DNA from: Planktothricoides raciborskii GIHE-MW2
Lineage (GTDB): Bacteria > Cyanobacteriota > Cyanobacteriia > Cyanobacteriales > Laspinemataceae
Length of the DNA stretch: 64,000 bases
Assembly (NCBI RefSeq): GCF_040564635.1
Contig: NZ_CP159837.1
Location: forward strand, 163,801-227,800
Direction: 5' to 3'
Part shown: one piece after another, positions 30,938-41,890 of the stretch
Position numbering within the stretch: position 1 is the stretch's first letter
How the letters are laid out: every line of letters starts with the position of its first letter
Position numbers and translations under genes: made by a program
Notes under the pieces: generated by a model
The model's input: the letters and a program-made list of their open reading frames with translations, nothing else
What the model was told of the DNA's origin: nothing
Database searches by the model: none

Positions 30938-31443
30938 CGAATAGTAGACCGACACAGCTAAAATGGTCGATTATGGATTCTCGCCTTCGCGGGAATGACA
31001 TTCAGAGATTGGACAAATTCTAATACACCAAATTAGATGTGTCGGTCTACTAGGCTGACGGAGTAGGGTCGATACAAATTCCGATTTAGTATCTCTGTAT
31101 ATTTACAGAGAAGTTGAACCGAATTTTGTAAAAATTGACTAAATTAAGAAAAATTTCTACGAAATTTTACGGATTTTGCATCAAAATCTGCTCAAAGAAA
31201 AATGCTTCAGAAAAAACAATCAAATATGAGAATGCCCAGTCATAGTAAGTAATCAGACTATTGACAAATCTCAAATAGGTGGTTAGGATCGAAGATGAAA
31301 GGAAACTTTCAGCAATTATTTAGGAGCCATTCCATCATAGTTGATATCTGTATCCAAAACATTCAGGAAGCTATCTAAATCTTTATTTCTTCAGGAGATC
31401 CGGTTCTACAGCCAACATTCAATTTTGTCCTATACCAAAAGAG

Positions 31444-32088
31444 ATGATTATGAAAAAATTACTATCAGCGATCGCCGGGGCAGGTATTTTGGCTATGGCG
31501 ATCCTAGCGTCGGCTCCAGCACAGGCTCAAATCGGCGGAAACACTGGCTCCGCTGGGGAAGATCTCACATCAGTTTTTAATGATGACTCCTATGAAGTCA
31601 GCGACGAGCTTGAACAACTCGTGACTGAACTCCCAACCATTCTGGAAGATATTGACAGTGCAGGTTTGCTGAGTGATCCAGGCCAATTAGATGAATTGTA
31701 CAATGCCTACGCCAGCGACAGTAGCAGTGGCTACAATGCCGATGCCTGGGTGATTTCCAAGGGTGGCTGTTCGGTGGATGTTAACTGTACCATCAGTAAA
31801 ATTGGCGTCGTCACCGCATTGCAATGCTATGCCTCAGCCGGTCTAGAGCCAGAAGCCGTGGCGAATTGCCTCCAAGAAAAGGATCAACAGAAATATCTGG
31901 CGGCAGCATCCTGTACTTATGGCAATTGTCCGGCATTTGCAGGGCTGCCTGGTCAGTTGTTCGCCGCTTCCACTTGCCAAAATGCGAAACATCCCAGCTT
32001 GGCTGGCCATTTGTTGTTGAATGCACCGGCTAACTTTGAGGAAAATACCGCTCAACCGCTACCCGTGGATTTACTGTTCAAAGGTTAA
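31444..32088 (+). CDS. Secreted Cys-rich hypothetical protein
   Basis: Signal peptide MIMKKLLSAIAGAGILAMAILASAPAQA. Acidic N-terminal region, then 10 Cys in the C-terminal half. Confidence 0.5.
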   Translation: MIMKKLLSAIAGAGILAMAILASAPAQAQIGGNTGSAGEDLTSVFNDDSYEVSDELEQLVTELPTILEDIDSAGLLSDPGQLDELYNAYASDSSSGYNADAWVISKGGCSVDVNCTISKIGVVTALQCYASAGLEPEAVANCLQEKDQQKYLAAASCTYGNCPAFAGLPGQLFAASTCQNAKHPSLAGHLLLNAPANFEENTAQPLPVDLLFKG

Positions 32089-32186
32089 TCAACAGCAATG
32101 CTCAGAATGATCTACAGCTTTTTTCTACGGACTGAACCACCCCCCCCCTACAGCAATTTTCTATTGGTTGAACCACAAATATTGGT

Positions 32187-32336
32187 AGGGGCGAAGCATG
32201 ATTGCCAGTTAATTCTGGGTTCTCGCAGTAGTTGTCACTCATCATGCTTCGCCCCTACATTCCCATGATTGCCAGTTAATTCTGGGTTCTCGCAGTAGTT
32301 GTCACCCATCATACTTCGCCCCTACAGAGGTGTTCT
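32187..32336. repeat. Two tandem copies of a 77-bp hairpin element GTAGGGGCGAAGCATGATTGCCAGTTAATTCTGGGTTCTCGCAGTAGTTGTCAC.CATCAT.CTTCGCCCCTACA
   Basis: Seen directly. Confidence 0.85.
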
Positions 32337-32415
32337 ATAAAGGCTGAAAAACGCTCTAGAATTACCTAGAATAATTGTCACCATCACCCCATGACTTAGC
32401 AAGGCTTTTTTGCCT

Positions 32416-33267
32416 TTAATCCTTAGTGTCATCGTGGGCAAAACGGTTATAGAGGAAATCTAGGGCATAGTTACGCAAATCGTAATATAAGGGGTCTTCC
32501 ATAATGCGATCGCGATCGCGAGGACGGGAGAAAGGAATTTCCATAATTTCCCCTACTTTTGCTTCGGGGCCATTGGTCATCATCACCAATTTATCCGCCA
32601 AGAATAATGCCTCATCGATATCGTGAGTAATCATTAACACCGTGCAGCGATGATCGTTCCAAATCTGCAATAATTCCTCTTGTAATTCCTCCTTGGTAAT
32701 CGCATCTAATGCCCCAAAAGGTTCGTCTAAAATCAGCACTTTCGGACGAATTGCCAAAGCGCGGGCAATAGAAACCCGTTGACGCATCCCCCCAGAAATT
32801 TGCTTAGGTTTTTTATCAGCCGCTTCGGTTAAACCGACCATTGCTAAATGATCGCGGACGATCGCCCGTTTTTCCAATTCTGACTTATTCTTATAAACCT
32901 CATTAACGGCTAAATAGACATTTTCAAAAGCACTTAACCAAGGAAGCAGGGCATAGTTTTGGAAGACAACCATGCGATCAGGGCCTGGTTTGGTGACAGG
33001 TTCTCCACCCACCGTCACCGAACCTGTAGACGGGGTATTAAACCCGGACACCATATTTAACAAAGTGGATTTTCCACAGCCAGAGTGACCGATCACACAG
33101 ATAAATTCGCCCCGATTAATCGTCAAATTGACATCTTTTAAAACCGTGTAAGGGCCTCGCGAGGTCTTATAGGTTTTAGAAACATTGTCAAAAACCACAA
33201 AAGGCTTTTTAGCCGATGATTGAGTGACTTTATTCGCTTGAATTTTTTTGTAAACGGTTGGTTGCAT
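32416..33267 (-). CDS. ABC transporter ATP-binding subunit, NrtD/CmpD type
   Basis: Walker A GHSGCGKST, signature LSGGMRQR, Walker B ILILDEPFGALD. Last gene of the four-gene operon. Confidence 0.8.
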   Translation of the reverse strand: MQPTVYKKIQANKVTQSSAKKPFVVFDNVSKTYKTSRGPYTVLKDVNLTINRGEFICVIGHSGCGKSTLLNMVSGFNTPSTGSVTVGGEPVTKPGPDRMVVFQNYALLPWLSAFENVYLAVNEVYKNKSELEKRAIVRDHLAMVGLTEAADKKPKQISGGMRQRVSIARALAIRPKVLILDEPFGALDAITKEELQEELLQIWNDHRCTVLMITHDIDEALFLADKLVMMTNGPEAKVGEIMEIPFSRPRDRDRIMEDPLYYDLRNYALDFLYNRFAHDDTKD

Positions 33268-33549
33268 CGCTAATTCCTTCTATTTGATCGATGAGCTTTT
33301 TCTTGATACCAATTTTACTAAACATTGCCACAGATATACGCTCCCCTTAAATCCCAGCCAGGTGCTGTAGGGAGACCCCTTTCGGCACACTGGCTCCCCT
33401 TAAAAAGGTCGCTTTGCTTTGATTTGATTTTTGGTTCCCCCCTTTTGAAGGGGGGCTAGGGGGGGTCTAGGTTTCTGTGGCATGATTTCCTGAATTTGGT
33501 ATTATTCCCAGACAATTATCATCCTTGCGCTTTAGGCAAAAACCTACTA

Positions 33550-35556
33550 TCAAGCTGAAAGCGGATCTCTTTCTCTGGTATCGAGAATAATTTCTGCCAT
33601 CGTAATATTGCGTTTAATCTTCAATTTATTCAGATAATCAAGCGGGTTTTCATCATTAAATTTTACCCCATCAAAGAGATTAATTCCCGTGCGTTTGTAC
33701 TGAACATCAATCCCTAACTCACGAGCCGCCGTGCTGAATACGTTCACGCGACAAACCCGCTCTAAAATTTCCACCCAATTACGCGGGAAAGGAATATCGC
33801 CCCAACGAGCCATTTGGGTCATCATCCACAAATGTTCAGTCCGAATTGGCCGGTTAATTCCGGCTCCGAAAAACTCGTGATGAGCATATTCTCGCATCGG
33901 ATGATCTAAACTGCAACTCATCTCATTGGGAGTGCCTAAATGAATGTAGTCAATATCGGTACTTAAATATTTGCGAGTGGCTAACAATTTGCGAATTTCT
34001 GGATGGTTCTTTTCATCTGCACAATAGGCACAAGCTTCTAATAAAGCTTTGACCAAAGCAATGTGGGTATTCGGATATTTATTCGCCCAATCTTCTCGGA
34101 CTCCTAAAACTTTACCGGGGTGTCCTTGCCAAATTTCTAAATCAGTGGCCACGGTAAAGCCTGCCCCTTCCATTGCAGCCCGGAAATTCCAAGGTTCACC
34201 GACACAGTAGCCGTCAATGGTATTGGCTTTCAAATCCACCACCATTTGAGCCGGGGGAATTGTTTTTAATTCCACATCTCGATCCGGATCAATTCCCCCT
34301 TCTGCCAGCCAATATCGCAATAAAATATTGTGCATTGAGGAAGGATGAACCATGCCCAAACGATGTTTTTCATCGCTACTTTTCCGAATGGCTTCTTTTA
34401 AATCTTTGGCCGTTTGAATTCCTTGCTGATAGAATTTTTTCGCCAATGTAATCGCATTCCCATTGCGAGTCATGGTCAAGGCTGTCACCACAGGTAAGGG
34501 GGTATCTTCATGTCCCGCATTGGTGAACCACATGGGCATTCCTGCGGGCATTTGGGCTGCATCTAAATAGTTTCCGGCAATGCCATCGACAATCCCACGC
34601 CAACTGGTTTCTCGGACTAAATTAACTTCCTCTAATCCATGTTTGACAAAAAAGCCTTTTTCTTGGGCAACTACCAAAGGAGCACAAGCGGTGAGGGGGA
34701 CAAAACCAATCTCTAAGTTGATTTTTTCTAAGCCATGACGGGAGACAACATCAACTTTGCGGGCGCGGATTTTCTTGACTCGTTTTTGTTGATTTAAGAA
34801 GTAGATCATTTCACTTCTTAAAATATAGTAGCTGGGGTGATTCACCACTTCCATGCGTTTCCGAGGGCGGGGAATATCTACTTCTAAAATTCCACCGATT
34901 TTGGAGGATGGTCCGTTGGTTAACATGACAATGCGATCGGACAGTAATACCGCTTCATCCACATCGTGAGTCACCATGACTGATGTGACTTGGTATTCTT
35001 CACAAATTCGCATCAGTTGCTCTTGTAAATTGCCGCGAGTTAAGGCATCTAAGGCGCCGAAAGGTTCATCTAATAGTAACAATTTGGGACGGATGGCTAG
35101 GGCACGAGCGATCGCGACTCGTTGTTTCATCCCACCGGATAATTCCTTGGGTAATTTATCTACCGCATGACGTAAACCCACCAAGTCAATATGGTTTTCA
35201 ATAATTTCCTTTCTTTCACCTTCGGGCAATCCTGCCATGACTTCATTGACAGCGAGGGCAATATTTTGCCGCACCGTTAACCAAGGCAAAAGGGAATAGT
35301 TTTGGAAGACGACCATGCGATCGGGGCCGGGTTTTTGAATCCGTTGTCCTTCCAGGGCAACCACTCCATCGGTGGGTAAATCCAAACCCGCAATCATGTT
35401 TAACAGGGTTGACTTGCCACAACCAGAGTGACCAATTAAAGAGATAAATTCACCTTTTTTAATCTGTAAATTGATGCCTTTGAGCGCAATATATTGTCCA
35501 CCATTGCTTAACTCAAATACCTTATCAATTTGATCCACTGCCACAAAGACGCTCAT
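33550..35556 (-). CDS. ABC transporter ATP-binding subunit with a C-terminal NrtA-like solute-binding domain, NrtC/CmpC type
   Basis: The N-terminal ABC domain (GHSGCGKST, LSGGMKQR) is followed by about 400 aa homologous to the upstream substrate-binding protein. This bipartite architecture is specific to cyanobacterial NrtC/CmpC. Confidence 0.85.
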   Translation of the reverse strand: MSVFVAVDQIDKVFELSNGGQYIALKGINLQIKKGEFISLIGHSGCGKSTLLNMIAGLDLPTDGVVALEGQRIQKPGPDRMVVFQNYSLLPWLTVRQNIALAVNEVMAGLPEGERKEIIENHIDLVGLRHAVDKLPKELSGGMKQRVAIARALAIRPKLLLLDEPFGALDALTRGNLQEQLMRICEEYQVTSVMVTHDVDEAVLLSDRIVMLTNGPSSKIGGILEVDIPRPRKRMEVVNHPSYYILRSEMIYFLNQQKRVKKIRARKVDVVSRHGLEKINLEIGFVPLTACAPLVVAQEKGFFVKHGLEEVNLVRETSWRGIVDGIAGNYLDAAQMPAGMPMWFTNAGHEDTPLPVVTALTMTRNGNAITLAKKFYQQGIQTAKDLKEAIRKSSDEKHRLGMVHPSSMHNILLRYWLAEGGIDPDRDVELKTIPPAQMVVDLKANTIDGYCVGEPWNFRAAMEGAGFTVATDLEIWQGHPGKVLGVREDWANKYPNTHIALVKALLEACAYCADEKNHPEIRKLLATRKYLSTDIDYIHLGTPNEMSCSLDHPMREYAHHEFFGAGINRPIRTEHLWMMTQMARWGDIPFPRNWVEILERVCRVNVFSTAARELGIDVQYKRTGINLFDGVKFNDENPLDYLNKLKIKRNITMAEIILDTRERDPLSA

Positions 35557-35661
35557 AATTCATTCCCTCATTGATTTTTATTGGATTTTTCTTGGATTAT
35601 TGAGATGTAGTTGGGTTTGGATTTGGGTTGACCAAACCCAGACAACATGATGGATTCAGGA

Positions 35662-36498
35662 TTATTCCCCAGGGGCGATCACGGTTTGTAACCAAGCCAT
35701 AAAGCGGTCAAGCATTAAGCCCACTGCACCGATATAAACCAGCGCCAAAATAATGTCGGAAATATAGTTATTTTGGTAAGCATCCCAGATGAAGAAGCCA
35801 ATGCCCACAATCCCTGACATCACAATTTCGGCGGCGATAATCGCTAACCAAGCTAGACCGATCGCGATCCGTAATCCCGTGAAAATGTAAGGCAAAGCTG
35901 ACGGAATCAAAATCTTGAAAAAGAACTTTTGAGGAGAAAGCTGTAACACCTGACGAACGTTAATGTAATCCTGGGGAATTTGTTGGACTCCGACGGTAGT
36001 GTTAATTAAAATTGGCCAAACAGCGGTAATAAAAATCACGAATAAAGCCGCCGGTTGGTTTTGTTGCAAAGCCGCCAGAGAAAGGGGAACCCAGGCCAAG
36101 GGTGGCACGGTTCGCAGGAATTGAAACAAGGGGTCGAGGGCTTTATTTAGAAACGGATTTAAGCCAATCAGAATCCCGGTGCCAATGCCCACAATTGCCG
36201 CCATAGAATAACCAATTAAAACCCGTTTTAGACTTTCCAGAGTTTGCCAGAATAATCCTTTATCCAGTCCGCCCCGGTCAAACCAAGGATACATTAAATA
36301 AATGCGAGTTCGTTGATTGGTGATGATATCCGACGGGGGGGGCAGTTTGATTAAGCCGACCATCGATACCAGTTGCCAAACAATTAAAAATCCCAGAAAT
36401 CCCATTAACGGCGGGAGAATATTGTGGGAGTTTTTATTCCAAAAATCCAGAATGGGATTTCCGGTTTTTTGCCGATTGTTTCTCACGATATTTGCCAT
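35662..36498 (-). CDS. ABC transporter permease, NrtB/CmpB type
   Basis: 6-TM permease with a BPD-transporter signature region (...ALDPLFQFLRTVPPLAWVPL...). Confidence 0.8.
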   Translation of the reverse strand: MANIVRNNRQKTGNPILDFWNKNSHNILPPLMGFLGFLIVWQLVSMVGLIKLPPPSDIITNQRTRIYLMYPWFDRGGLDKGLFWQTLESLKRVLIGYSMAAIVGIGTGILIGLNPFLNKALDPLFQFLRTVPPLAWVPLSLAALQQNQPAALFVIFITAVWPILINTTVGVQQIPQDYINVRQVLQLSPQKFFFKILIPSALPYIFTGLRIAIGLAWLAIIAAEIVMSGIVGIGFFIWDAYQNNYISDIILALVYIGAVGLMLDRFMAWLQTVIAPGE

Positions 36499-36548
36499 TG
36501 TGTATCCTCCTGTTTTTTTCTGTATTTGCGGTGAAATATTATCAAAGA

Positions 36549-37898
36549 TTAAACTTTCTTGATCGCGAGACTGTCTAAATAAGCCTGGGGATTTTGCGGA
36601 TCAAAAATCTTGCCATCAAAAAATTGCTCAATCCCTCGCGATGTGCTGGTGGGAATATCAGTGGCCGCGATTCCAGCTTCCGCTGCTGCGGCTTTCCAGA
36701 TATCTTCTCGATTGACTTTATCAATCAATTGTTGGGCATTTGCTAAAGTTTCCGGTGGTAAGTAACCCCAGCGAACACTTTCCGTTAAAAACCATAAATC
36801 ATGGCTCTTGTAGGGATAGGAAACACTGCCTTTCTCATCCTTCCAATATTTGGTGGCTTTTTTCGGATCATTGATGGGTGCTAAGTTATCTCCTAATTTA
36901 TAGTTTCCAGAGAAAGAACCTTGTAAAACTGATGCTGGAACGTTGAAGTAATTGGCCGTCGATAAAATCGCCGCCAGTTCCCCATGATTTTCGGGTCGAT
37001 CGCACCATTGTTGGGCTTCCATCAGTCCTTTTAATAATGCTTTAGTGGCCTTGGGATGTTGATCCACCCAATCGGCCCGAATTGCCAGGTATTCTTCTGG
37101 ATGACAAGGCCAAATATCAGCAGTTAATGCGGCCAGAAAACCAATCCCATCTTGGGCAATGCGATCGGGCCAAGGATCGCCGGTACTGAACCCATCCATC
37201 GAGCCAGTTTTCATGTTGGCAACGGTTTGGGCTGCCGGAACCACCAGCAAACTCACATCCAAATCAGGATCGATTCCCCCAGCCGCTAACCAATATCTCA
37301 CCCAAAAATCTTGATTCGCTTTCGGGAAGGTATAGGCTAATTTAAACGGAGTGCCTGCGGTATGTAAATCGATAAAATAATTCTTAGCAAGGCTTAAATC
37401 CAAGCCAATATTGTGGCCTTTATGTTTATTGGCGATCGCAATCCCATTGCCCTGAGTATTGAGTTGAGCCAGGACATACATAGGGATTTTGACATTATTT
37501 TTGGTAATTAAACCTTCGGAAATTAAATAAGGCATGGGCATTTGCCACTGCCCGCCATCAATGCCTCCCGCTTTGGAGCCAATTTCCACATTATCTCTTG
37601 CTGATCCCCAGTTGGCCTGTTTGGAGACTTCCACATCAGTCATCCCATATTTGGCGAAAAAGCCTTTTTGTTTACCCACGATTAATGGGGCGGATTCAAC
37701 AATTGGCAGATAACCTAATTTAATTCCGGTGATTTCCGGGGTGGTTTCCGGTGTCAAATTAACCGGACTAACTTGTGGGGTAGAGCTACTGCTGCCCGCT
37801 GGTTCCGGTGGGTTGCCTAAACAGCCTTTTAATAAGACTGAACCTGCTGCACTGGCGCTGAGTGTGAATAAAAATCTGCGTCGTGAAATTTGACTCAT
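36549..37898 (-). CDS. Periplasmic substrate-binding lipoprotein, NrtA/CmpA family (nitrate or bicarbonate)
   Basis: Twin-arginine signal [26 protein letters not shown] with a lipobox Cys. NrtA/CmpA fold length (449 aa). Confidence 0.8.
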   Translation of the reverse strand: MSQISRRRFLFTLSASAAGSVLLKGCLGNPPEPAGSSSSTPQVSPVNLTPETTPEITGIKLGYLPIVESAPLIVGKQKGFFAKYGMTDVEVSKQANWGSARDNVEIGSKAGGIDGGQWQMPMPYLISEGLITKNNVKIPMYVLAQLNTQGNGIAIANKHKGHNIGLDLSLAKNYFIDLHTAGTPFKLAYTFPKANQDFWVRYWLAAGGIDPDLDVSLLVVPAAQTVANMKTGSMDGFSTGDPWPDRIAQDGIGFLAALTADIWPCHPEEYLAIRADWVDQHPKATKALLKGLMEAQQWCDRPENHGELAAILSTANYFNVPASVLQGSFSGNYKLGDNLAPINDPKKATKYWKDEKGSVSYPYKSHDLWFLTESVRWGYLPPETLANAQQLIDKVNREDIWKAAAAEAGIAATDIPTSTSRGIEQFFDGKIFDPQNPQAYLDSLAIKKV

Positions 37899-38618
37899 GG
37901 TGGTTTCCTCAGATAGATAAGAGCGATTGAATAAGTAAGATAATTCGGCTTAATCAACACGGGGATCAAAGAGACTTCTCAGAGAAAATAAAACAATCAA
38001 CAGAAATAACCGCTAAAAATGCTCCCGATTAACTATTCCATAAAGTTTTCCTTACGTTGTTGGCATTTATCATAAGGTTAAATCTTTTATTAGTAAAGAC
38101 GTATTTTCTTATGTTTTTAATAAAAAAAAATTATATAAAGAGCTTTTGGACTTCAAAAGATAGAAAAGACCCAGATTCATAAATTACACACTATATGCAG
38201 TGCTATATATTATTAATTGCTCTACATATAGTTAAAGATTTCATATATGTTCATCGGGTCAGGTCAAGCAATAGGAGAAAGTATTGGTTACATCTCTGCA
38301 ACCTCATTAGAGTTGGCAACGGATAACGGGTGGGCAACGGATGAGTTGCCTGTTTTTGTCACAGGTAAGTTATTCGCTGCCAAATATCTTTCCCCAGCAG
38401 TCATCTCATCCGCTGCCAAATCCCCTGCCAAATATTTAATGATGAGTTATTTGGCTGAATTATTTGGCTAAATTTTGGTGAATATTTAGGGATTAAGGAA
38501 AAACTGCCGGAAACTAGGCAGATACCCCTGTAATTTCATCATAACCAGGGCTGGAACCAGGGCAGACACTCGTTTTATCTAGGGGCAGAGTTAAATCTGT
38601 CGTTGATAGGAGATAATT

Positions 38619-39542
38619 ATGACGAAAAGCTTAAATTTACAACAATTTTTTCAGGCGACCAACCCCGCAAAAACCTTATTTGTGGATAGTATTGAACAAG
38701 ACCAAAAGTATTATATTGATTTTTCCTCTGTGCGCGGCGGTCAGATTATTGATGAGTTGAAGGATAATATTGCTCTATGGTCGCCGGATGAAGCCACTTG
38801 TCAATTGTTTACGGGTCATATTGGTTGCGGTAAGTCCACGGAGTTGTTGCGGTTGAAACAACAGTTGGAAGCAGAGGATTTTCATGTGGTATATTTTGAG
38901 TCTTCTCAAGATTTGGAAATGGGAGATGTGGATGTAGGGGATATTTTATTGGCGATCGCCCATCGGATTACCGAAAGTCTCGATCGCTTGCAACTGAACA
39001 AATCTACAAAAATGCAAAGTCTCCTCCAAGGGGCTGCAAAACTGTTGCAAACGGAAATTGAAATTTCTGGAGAATGGACAACCCCATTTGGTAAAATTAG
39101 TGCCAATACAGACGGGCAAGTTTCTTTAGATATGGGAATTGATAAAATTTCTGCCAAAGCGAAAGCATCTCCCGAATCTCGCAGTAAATTAAGAGACTAT
39201 TTGGAACCGCGAACCAATAGCAGTTTAGAAGCAATTAATAGTGAACTAATCGAACCAGCGATCGCCAAATTACAGCAGCATGAAAAGCGAGGCTTAGTCG
39301 TAATTGTCGATAGCTTAGATAAACTACATAATTCTCGCAAACCTGGTCAAAGTCCCCAGCATGAATATTTGTTTGTGGAACGGGCTGAACAACTGCGAAG
39401 CCTTCATTGTCATGTAATTTATACTATGCCTTTGGGTTTGCGATTTTGCAATGTTTTTGCTAATCTATGCGCCAAGTTTATGTATGAACCGAAGGTGTTG
39501 CCAATGGTGCCGACTCAAACACGCGATTTGATTTTTGCTTAA
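38619..39542 (+). CDS. Truncated paralog (307 aa) of the AAA_16/STAND-like NTPase at 8975
   Basis: CQLFTGHIGCGKSTELLRLKQQLEAEDFHVVYFES... matches CQLYAGHRGAGKSTELLRLKQYLEQNQFLVVYFAA.... VIVDSLDKL...ERAEQLRSLHCHVIYTMPLGL matches VIVDNLDRM...DRSEQLRSLDCHLVYTVPISL. It lacks the last 140 aa or so and has no TPR partner. Confidence 0.6.
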   Translation: MTKSLNLQQFFQATNPAKTLFVDSIEQDQKYYIDFSSVRGGQIIDELKDNIALWSPDEATCQLFTGHIGCGKSTELLRLKQQLEAEDFHVVYFESSQDLEMGDVDVGDILLAIAHRITESLDRLQLNKSTKMQSLLQGAAKLLQTEIEISGEWTTPFGKISANTDGQVSLDMGIDKISAKAKASPESRSKLRDYLEPRTNSSLEAINSELIEPAIAKLQQHEKRGLVVIVDSLDKLHNSRKPGQSPQHEYLFVERAEQLRSLHCHVIYTMPLGLRFCNVFANLCAKFMYEPKVLPMVPTQTRDLIFA

Positions 39543-39944
39543 AGAAGGGCAAACCCTAGCCAAAGAAGAGAAGTTAGCGGAGGCTATAGATAAATTTAAG
39601 CAAGTAGAAAATCTCGGCGGTTCGTTAGACATCGACCCAGAAGTAGGAAAATTAGTTGTGGATTTTTTGCTTGAACAAGGAGATACCCTAGGCAAAGAAG
39701 GTGAGTTAAAAGAGTCTTTACAAAATTACAATTTAGCCAAAAAAATAAATCCTGAATTGCCTGCTTTTGACGCGGATGCTTGGGCGCAAGGTTGAGATCC
39801 AAATCATAATTAAACATAAAGATACACAAAACATAATTTATTTAATTAACTATGTTTTTTTTTGTTTTTGTGCTGAATAAATTTATAGCTAATTGGGTTT
39901 GCTTAATTAATTTAAAGATGATTTACTTAAAAAGTAATAATTTA

Positions 39945-41606
39945 TTAAATTCCATGACTTTTGCCAATCACCCAATGGCGTCGGAAAAATCGAGCTAAGT
40001 CGGTTTCTTCTAAGGATAAATAAATCGGTCTGCCGTGAGGACAAGTGCGGGGATTTTGCGTGCGTTGCCATTGATCTAAAATCGATTGCATTTCTGATAA
40101 ACTTAGCGGCGTACCGTTTCTAATGGCGCTACGGCAAGCGGTGGCAACTTGGGCAGTTTGTAAGTCTCCCCCTAAACTTAATTCCCACAAAGCATCCGCA
40201 CAATCATCCCGTTTTGCCAGCATTTCTGGGGCATTGCGGACTGCCCACAGTTCGTTGCCAAATTCGCTGACATCTAATCCTAACCTTTCCATTTGTTCTC
40301 GTTGGGCAATGGTTAAATTGCTGAGAATTATCGGCGGTTCTAATGGGACTAATTCCCAGCGATCGCGCAACTGTTCATATATAATTCTTTCATGGGCAAT
40401 ATGTTGTTCTACTAACCAAACGCCGTTGGGATGTTCTGCTACAATATAGGTATTTCTGAGTTGAGCAACGGCGGTTAATGGTATTAAGTTGCTGCTAGGT
40501 TCCGGGCGGTCTTCCATGTTAATTTTTCGACTAAGTTCATAGCCACCTTTATTTTCTGAGTTCGTCAATAATTGGCTGACTCGCTGTTGATTGGCCGGAC
40601 TGTCGGTGATATTCAACCGCAATGCTTGCCCGATCGCGCTATTAAGTTGTTGCTGCCACCAAGCAATATTTTGTAAGTAAATCTCAGACTTACTCGGTTG
40701 TCGATTCCAATCAATTTGCTTTGGATTTAGTTGCAAGTCCACAAAACAAATCGGATAGCGATTTCTGGGTAAGGTTCGCCCAAAAGCACTAATAATTGCT
40801 TGTTCTAATTCCGGCGATCGCACCATACGATGATTGACTGCCACCTTCACCCAATCCGGTTTACGGCGTGAAGCGCGATCGGGCAAGCCCAAAACCACCT
40901 GAATCCGTTGTTCAGCGGTAATCACCACCGTCACATATTGCAAATCACTCACCACCACCCCGCGCACTAACTGGGGCAAAATCTCCTGGGCGGTGGTTCC
41001 CGGATGAATGGCAAACCAGGGGCGATTATTTTTATTCACCTGCCAGCTTACCTGGGGATGACACAGGGCAATGTGTTCAATGGTTTGTTGTACCGCCCGC
41101 AACTGTTGGGCGATCGGCGGCAGTCCCTGTCGCCGGGCTTGCCAGCAACCAAACAAGTCAGAAACCGTGACAATGGTTCCCGGGGCGATCGCCACAGGTT
41201 CAATTTGCATCGGTTCTCCTTGTTCCGTGTAAACCAGACGCCATGCTTCCGCTGACTCTTGGCAACGACTTCTGATTTCTAGTCGGGATAATTGAGCCAA
41301 ACTATGCAGGGCTTCCCCGCGAAATCCCAAACTGTTAATTTTCCACAAATCCTCGCGATCGCGGATTTTGCTGGTACTGTGGGGGGTCGCACAACGTTGT
41401 AAGTTCGCCAAATCCATCCCCGCGCCATTATCCGTCACCCGGATCCGCCAGGACTCCGGCCAAATGGACACGGTAATTCGACTCGCCCCAGCATCTAGGG
41501 CATTCTCCACTAACTCTCGCAACACAGCAGCGATCGAATCGATCACCTCACCGGCAGCGATCAGGTTAACAACTTCTGGGGGTAGGGTTTGGATCGTAGG
41601 AGTCAT
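39945..41606 (-). CDS. mutL: DNA mismatch repair protein MutL
   Basis: GHKL ATPase motifs IAAGEVIDSIAAVLRELVENALDAGA..., DNGAGM. Start placed at MTPTIQTLPPEVVNLI (41606); the 95-codon upstream extension of the ORF reads through a repeat element. Confidence 0.85.
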   Translation of the reverse strand: MTPTIQTLPPEVVNLIAAGEVIDSIAAVLRELVENALDAGASRITVSIWPESWRIRVTDNGAGMDLANLQRCATPHSTSKIRDREDLWKINSLGFRGEALHSLAQLSRLEIRSRCQESAEAWRLVYTEQGEPMQIEPVAIAPGTIVTVSDLFGCWQARRQGLPPIAQQLRAVQQTIEHIALCHPQVSWQVNKNNRPWFAIHPGTTAQEILPQLVRGVVVSDLQYVTVVITAEQRIQVVLGLPDRASRRKPDWVKVAVNHRMVRSPELEQAIISAFGRTLPRNRYPICFVDLQLNPKQIDWNRQPSKSEIYLQNIAWWQQQLNSAIGQALRLNITDSPANQQRVSQLLTNSENKGGYELSRKINMEDRPEPSSNLIPLTAVAQLRNTYIVAEHPNGVWLVEQHIAHERIIYEQLRDRWELVPLEPPIILSNLTIAQREQMERLGLDVSEFGNELWAVRNAPEMLAKRDDCADALWELSLGGDLQTAQVATACRSAIRNGTPLSLSEMQSILDQWQRTQNPRTCPHGRPIYLSLEETDLARFFRRHWVIGKSHGI

Positions 41607-41609
41607 AAG

Positions 41610-41890
41610 TAGGGGGTAGGGGGGCAGAGGGGGGCGCCCCGCCGTCGGCGGGGGAGCGGGGGAGCAGAGGGGAGAGTGAATAGTGAAAGGGAGGATGCAT
41701 AGGAAAGAGGATGCATAGGAAAGAGGAAAGAGGATGCATAGGAAAGAGGAAAGATATTCTCTCCTCTCTTTTCTCTCCTCTCTTTTCTCTCTTGGCCATT
41801 CGCCCCTACGACTTTCCCCAACAACCAACAACCAACAAACAACAAACAACAAACAACAAACAACAAACAACAACCAACAATCAACAATCA
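41610..41890. repeat. Composite repeat element (reverse orientation of the 17830-18060 element) plus (AACAAAC)n heptamer microsatellite
   Basis: Seen directly. The same AACAAAC run recurs at 56805-56890. Confidence 0.85.

Noticed and set aside
30737-30961. ORF encoding (AISHQPS)n
   Set aside because: It is a pure translation of the heptanucleotide microsatellite.
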